Part shown: piece after piece, positions 1-11,369 of the stretch
Layout of the letters: each line of letters starts with the position of its first letter
How positions within the stretch are numbered: position 1 is the stretch's first letter
Assembly: GCF_001194135.2 (NCBI RefSeq)
Contig: NC_068992.1
Coordinates: 55,103,121-55,167,120 of the forward strand
Reading direction: 5' to 3'
Source of the DNA: Octopus bimaculoides
Taxonomy: Eukaryota
DNA: 64,000 bases
Position numbers and translations under genes: made by a program
Notes under the pieces: generated by a model
What the model was told of the DNA's origin: nothing
The model's input: only the letters and a program-made list of their open reading frames with translations
The model's database searches: none

Positions 1-144
1 AATAAACATTAATTAAAGTTCTTTATTTTTCGCAAAGTATATGCATCATATTTAGGAAATAAAATTAGTAGTGAGACTATTGTTCACAAATGCACTACGC
101 ATGTATGTATGTATGTATGTATGTATGTATGTATGCATTCGTGT

Positions 145-372
145 ATGTCATAAGGCCTGCAAATTTAACGGAGGCCTCAAAAGACATATTAATATCCACA
201 AAGATCAGAACTTAACTGCAGCCCTTGATGGTCCAAATCAGATATGCAATATATGTGGGTGTCTTTTCAAAACATTGTCTGGTTTAAAAAACCACATCAG
301 ATGCCACGATGGTTCTAAGGTGTAGGTAAAGGAGGTGGTCAAACTCTGCACAAGGAATAAACAACCACCAGG
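145..372 (+). mobile_element. 3' end of a non-LTR retrotransposon (probably RTE clade) encoding two C2H2 zinc fingers
   Basis: The frame reads CHKACKFNGGLKRHINIH...CNICGCLFKTLSGLKNHIRCH then stop. The linker is not TGEKP-type, there is no credible start (the upstream part of the ORF is (ATGT)n), and a short 3'UTR-like tail runs into a microsatellite. RTE-type ORFs commonly end in such CxxC..GLxxHxxxH fingers; the clade call is inference. Confidence 0.55.
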
Positions 373-374
373 TA

Positions 375-461
375 TGTCATTATTCAAATTTATTTCAAGA
401 TTTCTTGCCAATAGATAAAGAACCGGATTCTAACCAAGATCCAAGGTTCCTTCATTGAAAT
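375..461 (-). mobile_element. Possible Penelope-like terminal-repeat fragment
   Basis: The minus strand has a hairpin (aacc-ttggatctt-ggtt) followed by GAAT-ccggtt, a degenerate hammerhead-like layout. It abuts an (AT)n-flanked gap. Confidence 0.3.
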
Positions 462-720
462 NNNNNNNNNNNNNNNNNNNNNNNNNNNNNNNNNNNNNNN
501 NNNNNNNNNNNNNNNNNNNNNNNNNNNNNNNNNNNNNNNNNNNNNNNNNNNNNNNNNNNNNNNNNNNNNNNNNNNNNNNNNNNNNNNNNNNNNNNNNNNN
601 NNNNNNNNNNNNNNNNNNNNNNNNNNNNNNNNNNNNNNNNNNNNNNNNNNNNNNNNNNNNNNNNNNNNNNNNNNNNNNNNNNNNNNNNNNNNNNNNNNNN
701 NNNNNNNNACATATATATAC

Positions 721-779
<59 letters not shown>

Positions 780-2326
780 AGTATATATCCATATTTCTAC
801 TTAATCGTTAATACACAAAACCAAATGCACCAATTATTATTGGCATCTATATGAATTTATGCACATGTGCGTAGGTAATTTTTGTTACTGAATAATGTAA
901 ATATTTATAAGAGTAACTTCAGTTTTGCTGAAAAATAATTCAACTTGACAGAAGATTTATCGAAGTAAAATAACATACACAAAGATAACATTTTGTGTAG
1001 TTTTGATAAATTTTGGATCTACTAAAATCGTATAAACATTAAATGCAGCTGAAAAAAAACCCTTTAACAACCGATAACAACGTTTAGCAAAGTGTTGAAA
1101 GGAATTCGATATGCAGAATATTCAAATGAGCATTATTGTATATATAAATAAATTTTGTGTATTTGTAGTTGATTGACATGAGCAACACAGAAGATTTATT
1201 GAAGTGAGAGTTAGTGACACAGACATCGAAAACATCCTGAAAAAATCTGCGTGCATGCAAAATATCAGTTCAGTCGTCTTTCTGTGTGTATGTGTGTGCG
1301 TCTGTATTTCTCTTTGCTGTTATTTAACTTTGGCTTGACCAAGTTTATGCACATCGTAAGCGTTCTGTTTGGTGTTCTAATAAGAAGGAATTATTCTTAT
1401 TAAATTGGTGTTCGGAGCTGACGGAGCGACATTACTCAGAAATGAATGCACCCCAAGATGCACTGATTTGTAGCTCAATGTGTTTTGACACGGGTCATCT
1501 TGAAGAAGAAATTTCTCCTCAGACTATTTCTGCAATGAAAGGTCGTTTCATGCTCGTGTGTGCTCGGTGTTACAATTTACTTTCTAAAAACTCATATACA
1601 TAATCTGCTCGAATATATATATATATATATATACACTAGAAGGGACTTGAACAATCCTCTTTGGTTTGCTTATGAGAGGGAGCCATAGTTCGGAAAATAG
1701 ATGGTAAATGTTTTTATTTTCATTCCCTTTCGAAATTATCCCTAATTGTGGTGTGGAGTTTTGACTGCTAGTTCTAGAGGATTAGATGTCCTATTATGGA
1801 CATCTCTGATGTGTTTATATATNNNNNNNNNNNNNNNNNNNNNNNNNNNNNNNNNNNNNNNNNNNNNNNNNNNNNNNNNNNNNNNNNNNNNNNNNNNNNN
1901 NNNNNNNNNNNNNNNNNNNNNNNNNNNNNNNNNNNNNNNNNNNNNNNNNNNNNNNNNNNNNNNNNNNNNNNNNNNNNNNNNNNNNNNNNNNNNNNNNNNN
2001 NNNNNNNNNNNNNNNNNNNNNNNNNNNNNNNNNNNNNNNNNNNNNNNNNNNNNNNNNNNNNNNNNNNNNNNNNNNNNNNNNNNNNNNNNNNNNNNNNNNN
2101 NNNNNNNNNNNNNNNNNNNNNNNNNNNNNNNNNNNNNNNNNNNNNNNNNNNNNNNNNNNNNNNNNNNNNNNNNNNNNNNNNNNNNNNNNNNNNNNNNNNN
2201 NNNNNNNNNNNNNNNNNNNNNNNNNNNNNNNNNNNNNNNNNNNNNNNNNNNNNNNNNNNNNNNNNNNNNNNNNNNNNNNNNNNNNNNNNNNNNNNNNNNN
2301 NNNNNNNNNNNNNNNNNNNNNNNNNN

Positions 2327-2383
<57 letters not shown>

Positions 2384-3058
2384 TATGCATATATAAATAC
2401 ACAGACATATGTACATATATATATACACACATATTTATGTATGCATATATGTATGCATATACGCTTATACATACGTACGTTTATAAGCATTGGTGTGTGT
2501 GTATAAACACAGGAATATATAAACGTATATATTTTTATAGGTATACACCGTTACCTATATAATTAACATCCCTCTATTGACATATACTCAAATCTACTAT
2601 GCACTGCGACTCTGTATATGCTTCCATGTGCATACATTTCCATCTTTGTGTAAGCGAGCTTGTATGTGTTATTATAAATACATTTTCGTAATGTGTGTGT
2701 GCGTTTGTGTGCGTGCGTCTGTGTGTGTGTGTGTGTGTGTTTGTTTCTACGTATGCTACTGTGGAGGCGATTGTCTGTTTTCAATTGGATGTGACGTATG
2801 TGGCATTTATGTACGTCTCAATTCATGATCTTTCCACTAAATATTTACTCCCAGTCGTAACATGAACTGTAGATATCAAAATAATGAAATCATCAAATAA
2901 CTTACTTAGCAATGACGTCTGTAAGACACAGATACACAAACACAAAAACACGCATAAACACACATATATTCACACACACACACACACGCGCAGTTGTACG
3001 GTCCGCCATACGTTCGATGCCCATGCAAACATACACACGCCGACATATGTATATTTGT

Positions 3059-3091
<33 letters not shown>

Positions 3092-3279
3092 NNNNNNNNN
3101 NNNNNNNNNNNNNNNNNNNNNNNNNNNNNNNNNNNNNNNNNNNNNNNNNNNNNNNNNNNNNNNNNNNNNNNNNNNNNNNNNNNNNNNNNNNNNNNNNNNN
3201 NNNNNNNNNNNNNNNNNNNNNNNNNNNNNNNNNNNNNNNNNNNNNNNNNNNNNNNNNNNNNNNNNNNNNNNNNNNNNNN

Positions 3280-3326
<47 letters not shown>

Positions 3327-4220
3327 TTGTGTGTGTGTGTGCGTGCGTGTGTGTAGTTATATGTATTTATATATGTGTGTGCATGTATATGTGCTAATGT
3401 GTGCATACATATATTAGTACGCATAGAAACCGATAAACTGTATGACATGCACTCATATAAGCGACATACACACACACATACACGCACGCGCGAACACAGT
3501 GGCCTAATATGTAGAGACAGCGTGTCTCTAAGACGTAATTATATGAAAATAGAGAACTAGTTTGTATTCTTCGAACTCACAATATGAACGTTAACTTAAT
3601 TACAGTAAATGGTACGATACCTAGATTAAAGTACATTTTCACATTCATCATATTGGATGAAAAGCCAAAAGTTTGTCATTTCGATTAGAAATATATAGCT
3701 GTCGAACTGTATTTCTTTATGTTTTAATTGGTTTATGTATTTCATTCAAGACATTATAACAAAATGAACAAATTCACCCACTCTCTATTTTGTCATACAC
3801 ATCCACACACGTTAGCACACACACGCACATTCACCCACGCACACGTACACATACACACATAATACAACACACATATCTATGTACACATACACATACAAAT
3901 ATGCACACATATATATGAGTATATACGTATATGCATATGCATATAAAACCTATCAGTATAGCACACTTAACGTGCGTATGTCGTTCAAAGCCAGAAGCTT
4001 CCGTTTTCGTCGAGGAGAATCTCTTCAATGAAATATTCATTTAAAAACCATCACTATACACTTCAGAGCTAGGCGAAACGAAATCGTCCCAGAAATAAAT
4101 ACTAGAGTGCCTGGTGAGTATTTCAGCGTAGATGCGGTTTCTCAATGTTATGTATTCGTATCACTCCACAGCAAAATCAAATCACCCAGTTTGAAGTATA
4201 TTGAGAGATATTGTATAAAC

Positions 4221-4515
4221 CAGTGCTACTCAAAATGGTGGTCCGCGGAACGGTGCCTGTCCGCGAGCCATCAGCTGCCGGTACGCGGTGAGTTTCCGGA
4301 AAAGAAAGAAACATTATATAATGCTTATGTAATATTGTACTATTTGTTTACAAAATAAATATAAGATAAAAAAATTGTCAACGTTTATTACATTCATTAT
4401 ATATATTGTTTCCGCTCTAAATTGATATTACTAAAAATATTACCGGTCCCTGACACATTGCAAAAAAAAAAAAAAAACTGCCAGAACACCACATCAGATA
4501 GTTTCAGAAGCACTG
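4221..4515. mobile_element. hAT-type MITE
   Basis: Imperfect TIRs cagtgctactcaaa / tttcagaagcactg (CAGTG...CACTG). The 8-bp TSD is gtataaac (4213-4220) / gtgtaaac (4516-4523), matching 7 of 8 bases with a central TA. Confidence 0.8.
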
Positions 4516-4884
4516 GTGTAAACTATTAGTCGGTTTGCTATCGCACCGCAAAAGCACAATAAATATAATAGAAGGCGATCAATAGAAAAAATAACTTCAT
4601 GAATATGAAATACTTAACGCATATGTGTGCAGGTTTATATGCATCTCTTTAGATGTATACATATATTATTATAATGTACACACATACACACTCACATACA
4701 CACACATGCACACACATGTACACACACATACACACAAACAATTATGTGTGTGTATGTGTATATATACATATATATATATGTGTGCGTGTGTATGTGATTT
4801 CTCTCTCACTCTCTCTCAGACACAGCATTAATCGTCTCAGTCACAGTATTCGAATGTTTAATCTGCGAAATCAACCGAAATATT

Positions 4885-5001
4885 ATATACATTATTTACA
4901 TTCGACGGATATTTGTCCTCATCTTGTTTGTTGTTAAGACAACGTTTCGGCTGATATACCCTTCAGCCTTCATCAGGTGTCTTGGGGAAATTTCGAACCT
5001 G
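4885..5001 (-). mobile_element. Penelope-like element terminal-repeat fragment
   Basis: The minus strand reads aagacac-CTGATGA-aggctga-agggtata-tcagcc-GAAACGTT-gtctt, the minimal hammerhead arrangement characteristic of Penelope-like repeats. Confidence 0.65.
4936..4984 (-). ncRNA. Minimal type I hammerhead ribozyme motif
   Basis: CUGAUGA and GAAA cores flank a 6-bp stem II (ggcuga/ucagcc). Stem III is the palindrome AACGUU with a GUU cleavage triplet. Stem I (agacac region / gucuu) has one mismatch. Confidence 0.6.
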
Positions 5002-5481
5002 TCTTGATATTAACGTCTTGATATTAAACACATAAAACATTATCAATACCTTAAAATTTTTTGAGCATTCAAAACCAACAGACGAATATTCTAACTTCTT
5101 TTGTCAGTCGACTGCTCTATTTATATATCTATGACCACGTGATCCATCGTCACCTTACTTTCTTTTGATAGTAGCACAAACTTCGAGGAATATTTCTCTA
5201 CTCTTTCTAAAAATTATTAATGTTAACACCTCTCCCAAGATAATTAGAATTAATACTGTGCTGTTAATCTAACGAAAAATTTCCGTTAATTAAGAATACA
5301 AATAGTAAACACCGATGATTAATGGAAGGTCAATGTCTTTATAGTTATTCCATTCCGTGTTTGCGTTTACAAAGTTGATTATGACATAATTCAATATTAC
5401 TTCACTCTAATCTAGCTTATCGTCAAATATCCACGAACCTCAGATACTATCGTATGTCTGTCGTTTTATTCTTCTTCTTGA

Positions 5482-5482
<1 letters not shown>

Positions 5483-5543
<61 letters not shown>

Positions 5544-5611
5544 TTTTGGTGTTGTTCTCATCACCATCATCATCATCATCATCATCATCATTATCATCAT
5601 CATCATCATCA

Positions 5612-5676
<65 letters not shown>

Positions 5677-5690
5677 GTTATCATTATTAT
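5483..5690. repeat. Compound trinucleotide microsatellite (CTA)n-(CAT)n-(TAT)n
   Basis: Seen directly; it explains the poly-L/H/Y/I ORFs. Confidence 0.95.
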
Positions 5691-6319
5691 GCGTGTTTCA
5701 AGGGGTGGACACTCATTCATGGTTCGTAAGTTATCTTTAAAATTTGTCGTTTTATTAGTTTGTATTCCAAATTTTGTTGAACTGTTAACTAAATAACCCA
5801 GCTCGCTGTGAGCAAGGCCAATTTGTGTGCCGACATTTTCAATTTTAAGGTCAGATTTTGAAATATAAAATTTCAAATTTGATACTTTAAAACAAAAATT
5901 ATCAATGCGTCTTCCCAAAGAGAGTGAAGTGATAGCTGTTAGAATAGCCACTATAATATTGTTTTCTCACCACTCGCTGATGTGGTCTAAAAGCGAAGCA
6001 AAGGCAGCAGCAGCAACAATAACAGCAGTTACAACAACGACATCAACAGAAGCAGCAACAGCAGCAACGCAAGCACGGCCTCCATCAGCGTGGTAGGTCA
6101 TGGGGTGGGTGGCAAACGATAATGTCTGATGGGAGTGGGGTGATGATAATAGAGAGAGAAGGGATACAGATGGCTAAAAATGCTTATTTTGATTGTCATC
6201 CTAAAGGGGAAGAAAAAGTGAGCTGTTGCAAAGAATACCTCTGAAGGGATTATGGGTAGGATATAAATTGAAAGAGTAAGTTTTTACCCTAGTTTACTTA
6301 TATCGTTGAAGCAAAACGT

Positions 6320-7198
6320 AAATATATACGTATATAAATGCGAGAAATAAATTTCATATATAACTAAAAAAAAAGGGGATAAACTTAATATATAAGAATA
6401 TAAGGTAACAACATAAACCGAATTTTATGAAAAAAATTAAAAATTATGAACTGCTACCAAATGTTTATGCTATATAAACTTTAAAAAATATAAGGAAATA
6501 AAAGTAGAAATAAAAATATAACCAAATATAGAAGTAAAATTTTTTTTAAATATTTTAAATATATAAAGGATATATACAAAGGTATGAAAATATAAAACAT
6601 GATAAATTTATAATTTTAGGTTCACAGTATACAGTGGGATATATGAAGAAAAAAAAACTGAAAGTATTAATAAAACATATAAAAACTATGAAAAATATAT
6701 GAAGAGTATATAAAAACTTAAGATATAAGTATAAGTATACAAAATATAAGATTTATAAAATATATAAGGATATATAATAAAATATCTAAGAGATGAATTA
6801 TACTGAAAGCTATAACGAAATATGAAAATAGTTATACTAAAAATATTCTTTCTTTAAAAAAAGAAATTACAAAAGTAGGCTAATAAAAGATGCTAAACTA
6901 AGATATATAAAAAGGAAATAAAGCAATATGAAATGAAAATAAAGAATATATTATAATGGAATTGCTATATGAATAATTATAATTAGAATATTAATTAATT
7001 ATTAATCATAGATGGAAAAAGGCAAAAGTGCACCGGGTTGTAACAGAGATCAAATGGAATTATAATTATCATTAGAAATAGGTTAAGAAAGTATATTTAA
7101 AATACAACGAATAGCAAAGATTGAGGTATGATAGTAACAGATCATAGAGTGTATATCTTATAATTAGGGCAGATTCGAAATTTAAGCACTCTTTAGGT
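6320..7198 (+). repeat. AT-rich interspersed repeat, copy 1 of an inverted pair
   Basis: Collinear with the reverse complement of 9279-10093. Shared anchors include ggggataaacttaatatataag, ttttaggttcacagta(t/c)acagtgggatat and aaaatacaacgaatagcaa. Confidence 0.8.
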
Positions 7199-7559
7199 AA
7201 TAGCAAATTAATTCCTAGTAACAATTCTAGGAACCGTCTGTATGTAAATATCAATAATGATAGTAATGATAGTAATGATAACCCAGATTTAGCCAGTAAC
7301 AATATAGATAACATAGTTAATAATAATGAAAATAGTGAACAACTGATGTTTCCTCAGATATTCCATTTGCAACTATTAGACGTTAGTTGCATAACATCTA
7401 ATGATGCATTCCAATATATTAGCGTTAATATAAATTTATGTAATAATACAAATGATAATAACTTGAGAAATAATAACATAACCCTTGATAATGCTTCTAG
7501 GAATTTGAACAGTAGTACGTGTGATGACACTATGAATACGAATAATAGGATTTGAAATG

Positions 7560-7561
7560 CT

Positions 7562-7603
<42 letters not shown>

Positions 7604-7650
7604 AATAATAATAATAAGAAGAAGAATAAGAAGAAGAAGAAGAAAAAAAA
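7560..7650. repeat. Compound microsatellite (AAC)n-(AAT)n-(AAG)n
   Basis: Seen directly. Confidence 0.95.
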
Positions 7651-7737
7651 TGCTTTCTAATTGATGTATCAATACCAGCAGATGACAACGTTTCTCGAAA
7701 AGAAATGGAAAAACTTTCAAAATACAANNNNNNNNNN

Positions 7738-7770
<33 letters not shown>

Positions 7771-8120
7771 ACATACACACACATACACACACACACGCAC
7801 ACACACACACATATATATACATAGACAGATGCGCGCGTGTGTGTATAGTTACATTCACACATAAACATACATACATATACATATGTACATATACAATGAA
7901 TAAATAGCAACAGATGGATAATATGTCAATTCACTACAGCAGCATTCAACGAATTCTTAATTACTCGATTAGTGGAAACATTGCATCGTTTTCATCAGGT
8001 GAATACATGAACCACTAGATTTAAGCACATTAAAAAACCAACGTGATGTGCATCTTCATGATTCTATGACCCGATCCGGTGCTTCACTATTTACGAACCT
8101 GATTCACTTGAATCCCGATC

Positions 8121-8183
<63 letters not shown>

Positions 8184-8620
8184 CGCAGTTGCAATTGTAA
8201 GGAAAGATCCCTCTGCCCACTATCAGCTCTATGTTTAGCAGGAAATATTATTTATAAATATACAATACTGACAGAAAATAATAACTTTGTATATATAAGG
8301 TACTCAGAAAATATGAAAAATCTATTCAATAATAACCATTATTCATTCTTTAGATTTACTAATAAAGCTTATAGTACATCATTATCTACGAAAATCCAGG
8401 AACTTAAAGATAATAATATCGATTTCAGTCTTAAATGAGATTTAGTCCGTAGAGCTCAACCATACACAAATAGCCGATATGGATGTAATCTATGTTGTGT
8501 GGAACTGTATGAAATTTTAAAATATACAGATAAGAACAACTTAATAATAAATTAGATCTTAGACTGTCATGTGTTCATAAGATTACCAGTGCCTTTAAAT
8601 AATTTAGAAGCTGATAATTA

Positions 8621-9090
8621 CTCTTTTACTCTTTTACTTGTTTTAGTCATTTGACTGCGGCCATGCTGGAGCACCGCCTTTAGTCAAGCAAACGAACACC
8701 AAGACTTCTTCTTTGTAAGCCCATTACTTATTCTATCGGTCTCTTTGTCTGAACAGCTAAGTTACGGGGACGTAAACACACCAGCATCGGTCGGTTGTCA
8801 AGTGATGCTGGGGGACAGACACAGACACACAACCCCCCCCCCACATATATGAATATATATATATACATATACATATATACGACGGGCTTCTTTCAGTTTC
8901 CGTCTACCAAATCCACTCACAAGGNNNNNNNNNNGCTTCTTTCAGTTTCCGTCTACCAAATCCACTCACAAGGCATTGGTCGGCCCGAGGCTTTAGTAGA
9001 AGACACTTGCCCAAGGTGCCACGCAGTGGGACTGAGCCCAGAACCATGTGGTTGGTAAGCAAGCTATTAACCACACAGCCAATCCTGCGT
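8621..9090 (-). mobile_element. tRNA-derived SINE, family A (CORE-like), full length
   Basis: On the minus strand: tRNA-like head with A/B boxes (ggctgtgtggttaatagc...ggttctgggctcagtcc), CORE-like ggcaccttgggcaagtg, an internal microsatellite, and a 3' end ...gcagtcaaatgactaaaacaagtaaaagag. Homologous to copies at 23187, 34578 and 62805. Confidence 0.9.
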
Positions 9091-9278
9091 CTAATTCTTA
9101 TAACATATTTAATATATCATATAATTATTTAATATATCATATAATTTGTTTTGTGATTAAAAACAATTTTTTCTTTAACACCTTTGATCTATTAACTCTT
9201 AGTAATCATGATATATACCTAGCTAATCCCAGTGGTGAATCTATTCCATCACGGTTAATATAAATATACTATTTTTTT

Positions 9279-10093
9279 CCTAACGTGTCCTTGATTTTCA
9301 AATCTCCCCTAATTATAAAATATACCCTCTAAGATCTGTTTCTATCATACCCCAATCCTTGCTATTCGTTGTATTTTAAATATATTTTCTTAACCTATTT
9401 TTAATGATCCTTCTTGAATCTAGTATTAATAATTAATCAATATTCTGATTATAACTATTTATATAACATTTCCATTATAATATTTTCTTTATTTTCATTT
9501 TATATTACCTTAGTTCCTTCTTATATATCTTAGTGTAGCATCTTTTATTGACTTACTTTTATAATTTTTTTTTACGAAAGAATTTTTTTAGTATAATTCA
9601 TTTTATAATTTTTCATTAAAACTTTTAGTATAATTCTTCACTGAGATATTTTCTTATATCTTCCTCGTATATCTTAAGATTTTATGTACTCTTAATATAT
9701 TTTTTCATAATTTTTCTCTTTTATTAATACCTTGACATCTGTAAAAAATTTTCCTATATCCCACTGTGTACTGTGAACCTAAAATTATAAAATCATTACA
9801 TTTTTTACATATTGTATTTTTTTTTTATATATATTAAATATTTTATACTTTTATATTTTCATGCTTTATATTTTGTTATATTTTGTTATATTTTATTTTC
9901 ATATTTAGTTATATTTTTATTTTTATTTTGTATTTCCTTACATTTTTAAAGTTTGTATAGCATAAAAATTTGGTGGCAATTTAATTTTTTTAACGTTTTC
10001 CATAAAATTCGTTATATGCTGCAACCTTATATATTAAGTTTATCCCCTTATTTAGTTTTATATGAAATTTATTTTTAGCCTTTGTATATCTAC
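9279..10093 (-). repeat. AT-rich interspersed repeat, copy 2 of the inverted pair
   Basis: Reverse-complement homology to 6320-7198, judged by eye at roughly 70-75% with indels. Confidence 0.8.
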
Positions 10094-10119
10094 TAGAATA
10101 GCCATGACCGTTCGCTTAC

Positions 10120-10192
10120 CTTGTAAGTCTGAGTTTCCCAACAAATGACTTCATTTCGTGGAATTTTTTTCTTTTCCAGGTTATCTCGCATG
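10120..10192 (-). CDS. Candidate 73-nt internal exon of an unidentified host gene
   Basis: Acceptor ...tcacattcgttgaaag|C, open frame MRDNLEKKKIPRNEVICWETQTYK, strong donor AAG|gtaagc. No homology recognised. Confidence 0.3.
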
Positions 10193-10251
10193 CTTTCAAC
10201 GAATGTGACATAGAAATCACGCGTAAACGTCTCGTTCCCCAGAAAAGGAAA

Positions 10252-10362
10252 ATTTGGCTGTTATTTCTTGCACGCCTTACAACCACGTAACAGGTATTTT
10301 GGGTCCTTTACGACAAATAGCTGTTACGTGGTAGCAGGGCCTGCTAGAAATAGCAGCCAAAT
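10252..10362. mobile_element. Small foldback / MITE-like element with 42-bp inverted arms
   Basis: atttggctgttatttcttgcacgccttacaaccacgtaacag matches the reverse complement of ctgttacgtggtagcagggcctgctagaaatagcagccaaat at 36 of 42 positions. Confidence 0.65.
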
Positions 10363-11069
10363 CTTTGGAGCTGAGATACGTTGAATGTATTCTATAAAAA
10401 AATTTGTAATGGTATTCCCTTGGAGCGACCATTCGCTTTGACTCTCCGAACATTCATCCGGTTCAGCTGGTTTTGTTCGTTAATTTCGGTAAATATTTTT
10501 TATTTATTTAGTTTTGTTTTAAAGTGAAAGAGAAGATAAAGTGAAAGCTGTATAAACGTCTATATGAAATGGACGTACGTGTGTGTGTGTGTGTGTGTGC
10601 GTGTGAGAAAGAGAAAGAGAGTGCCACTTACACATACGTGAGAACACACGTTCACTCACTCANNNNNNNNNNNNNNNNNNNNNNNNNNNNNNNNNNNNNN
10701 NNNNNNNNNNNNNNNNNNNNNNNNNNNNNNNNNNNNNNNNNNNNNNNNNNNNNNNNNNNNNNNNNNNNNNNNNNNNNNNNNNNNNNNNNNNNNNNNNNNN
10801 NNNNNNNNNNNNNNNNNNNNNNNNNNNNNNNNNNNNNNNNNNNNNNNNNNNNNNNNNNNNNNNNNNNNNNNNNNNNNNNNNNNNNNNNNNNNNNNNNNNN
10901 NNTCATATACACGTACATACATCTCTCACTTTGTCCTCTCTTTCAATTTAAAACAAGAGTAAATAAATAGACATTTTTTACGGAAATTATCGAACTCCGT
11001 ATGACAGTTCTGAGATTCAAAGCGAAATATTGCCATTCACTTGAAAATAATAAAAAAAAAACAGTAAAA

Positions 11070-11215
11070 TATTTTCTACTCTAGGCACAAGGCCCGAAAT
11101 TTTTGGGGAAGGGGCCAGTCGATTAGATCAATTCCCGTGCGCAACTGGTACTGAATTTATCGACCCCGGAAAGGATGAAAGTCAGTGTCAACCTCAGCGG
11201 AATTTGATCTCAGAA
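11070..11215 (-). mobile_element. tRNA-derived SINE family B, 5'-truncated
   Basis: Reverse complement of the family body ...ctgagatcaaattccgctgaggttgac...cctttccggggtcgataaattcagtaccagttgcgc...gggccttgtgcctagagtag. Confidence 0.85.
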
Positions 11216-11369
11216 GTAATTCGAGAATGGAGCGGAGTGAACGATGTGATTGCAGAATACCGAAAGAACAAATTCCTATGGGCCCAGCATATACAAACTG
11301 TGCACAAGCTGCCTCAACCAATTTCTCTAGGCTCATTTTAAGTCCAACAATACAGTGACTGTTAAGCTC

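Noticed and set aside
400-461. Hammerhead-like fold on the minus strand
   Set aside because: Both core segments are non-canonical (UCAAUGA, GAAU), so it is not called as a ribozyme.
1660-1820. cttatga...gaaa hammerhead-like layout and an 8-bp hairpin agatgtcc/ggacatct
   Set aside because: The core deviates (CUUAUGA) and stems I-III cannot be drawn convincingly. At most it is a decayed Penelope-like end.
5990-6100. Gln/Ala/Thr-rich (CAG/CAA) stretch as a coding polyQ exon
   Set aside because: It is a cryptic trinucleotide repeat with in-frame stops and no splice support.
6320-7198. AT-rich tract as a mitochondrial insertion (NUMT) or LINE RT (FIILGSQ resembling FKYLGS)
   Set aside because: No mitochondrial gene, rRNA or tRNA motif is recognisable, and stops occur in all frames even under the invertebrate mitochondrial code. 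A single weak motif is insufficient for an RT call.
7960-8005. CTGATGA followed by a short stem on the minus strand (similar cases at ~12928, ~25418 and ~55993)
   Set aside because: There is no GAAA at the base of stem II, or no stem I partner.
8886-8973. Exact 39-bp direct repeat flanking a 10-N gap
   Set aside because: This is an unmerged contig overlap inside a SINE, an assembly artefact.
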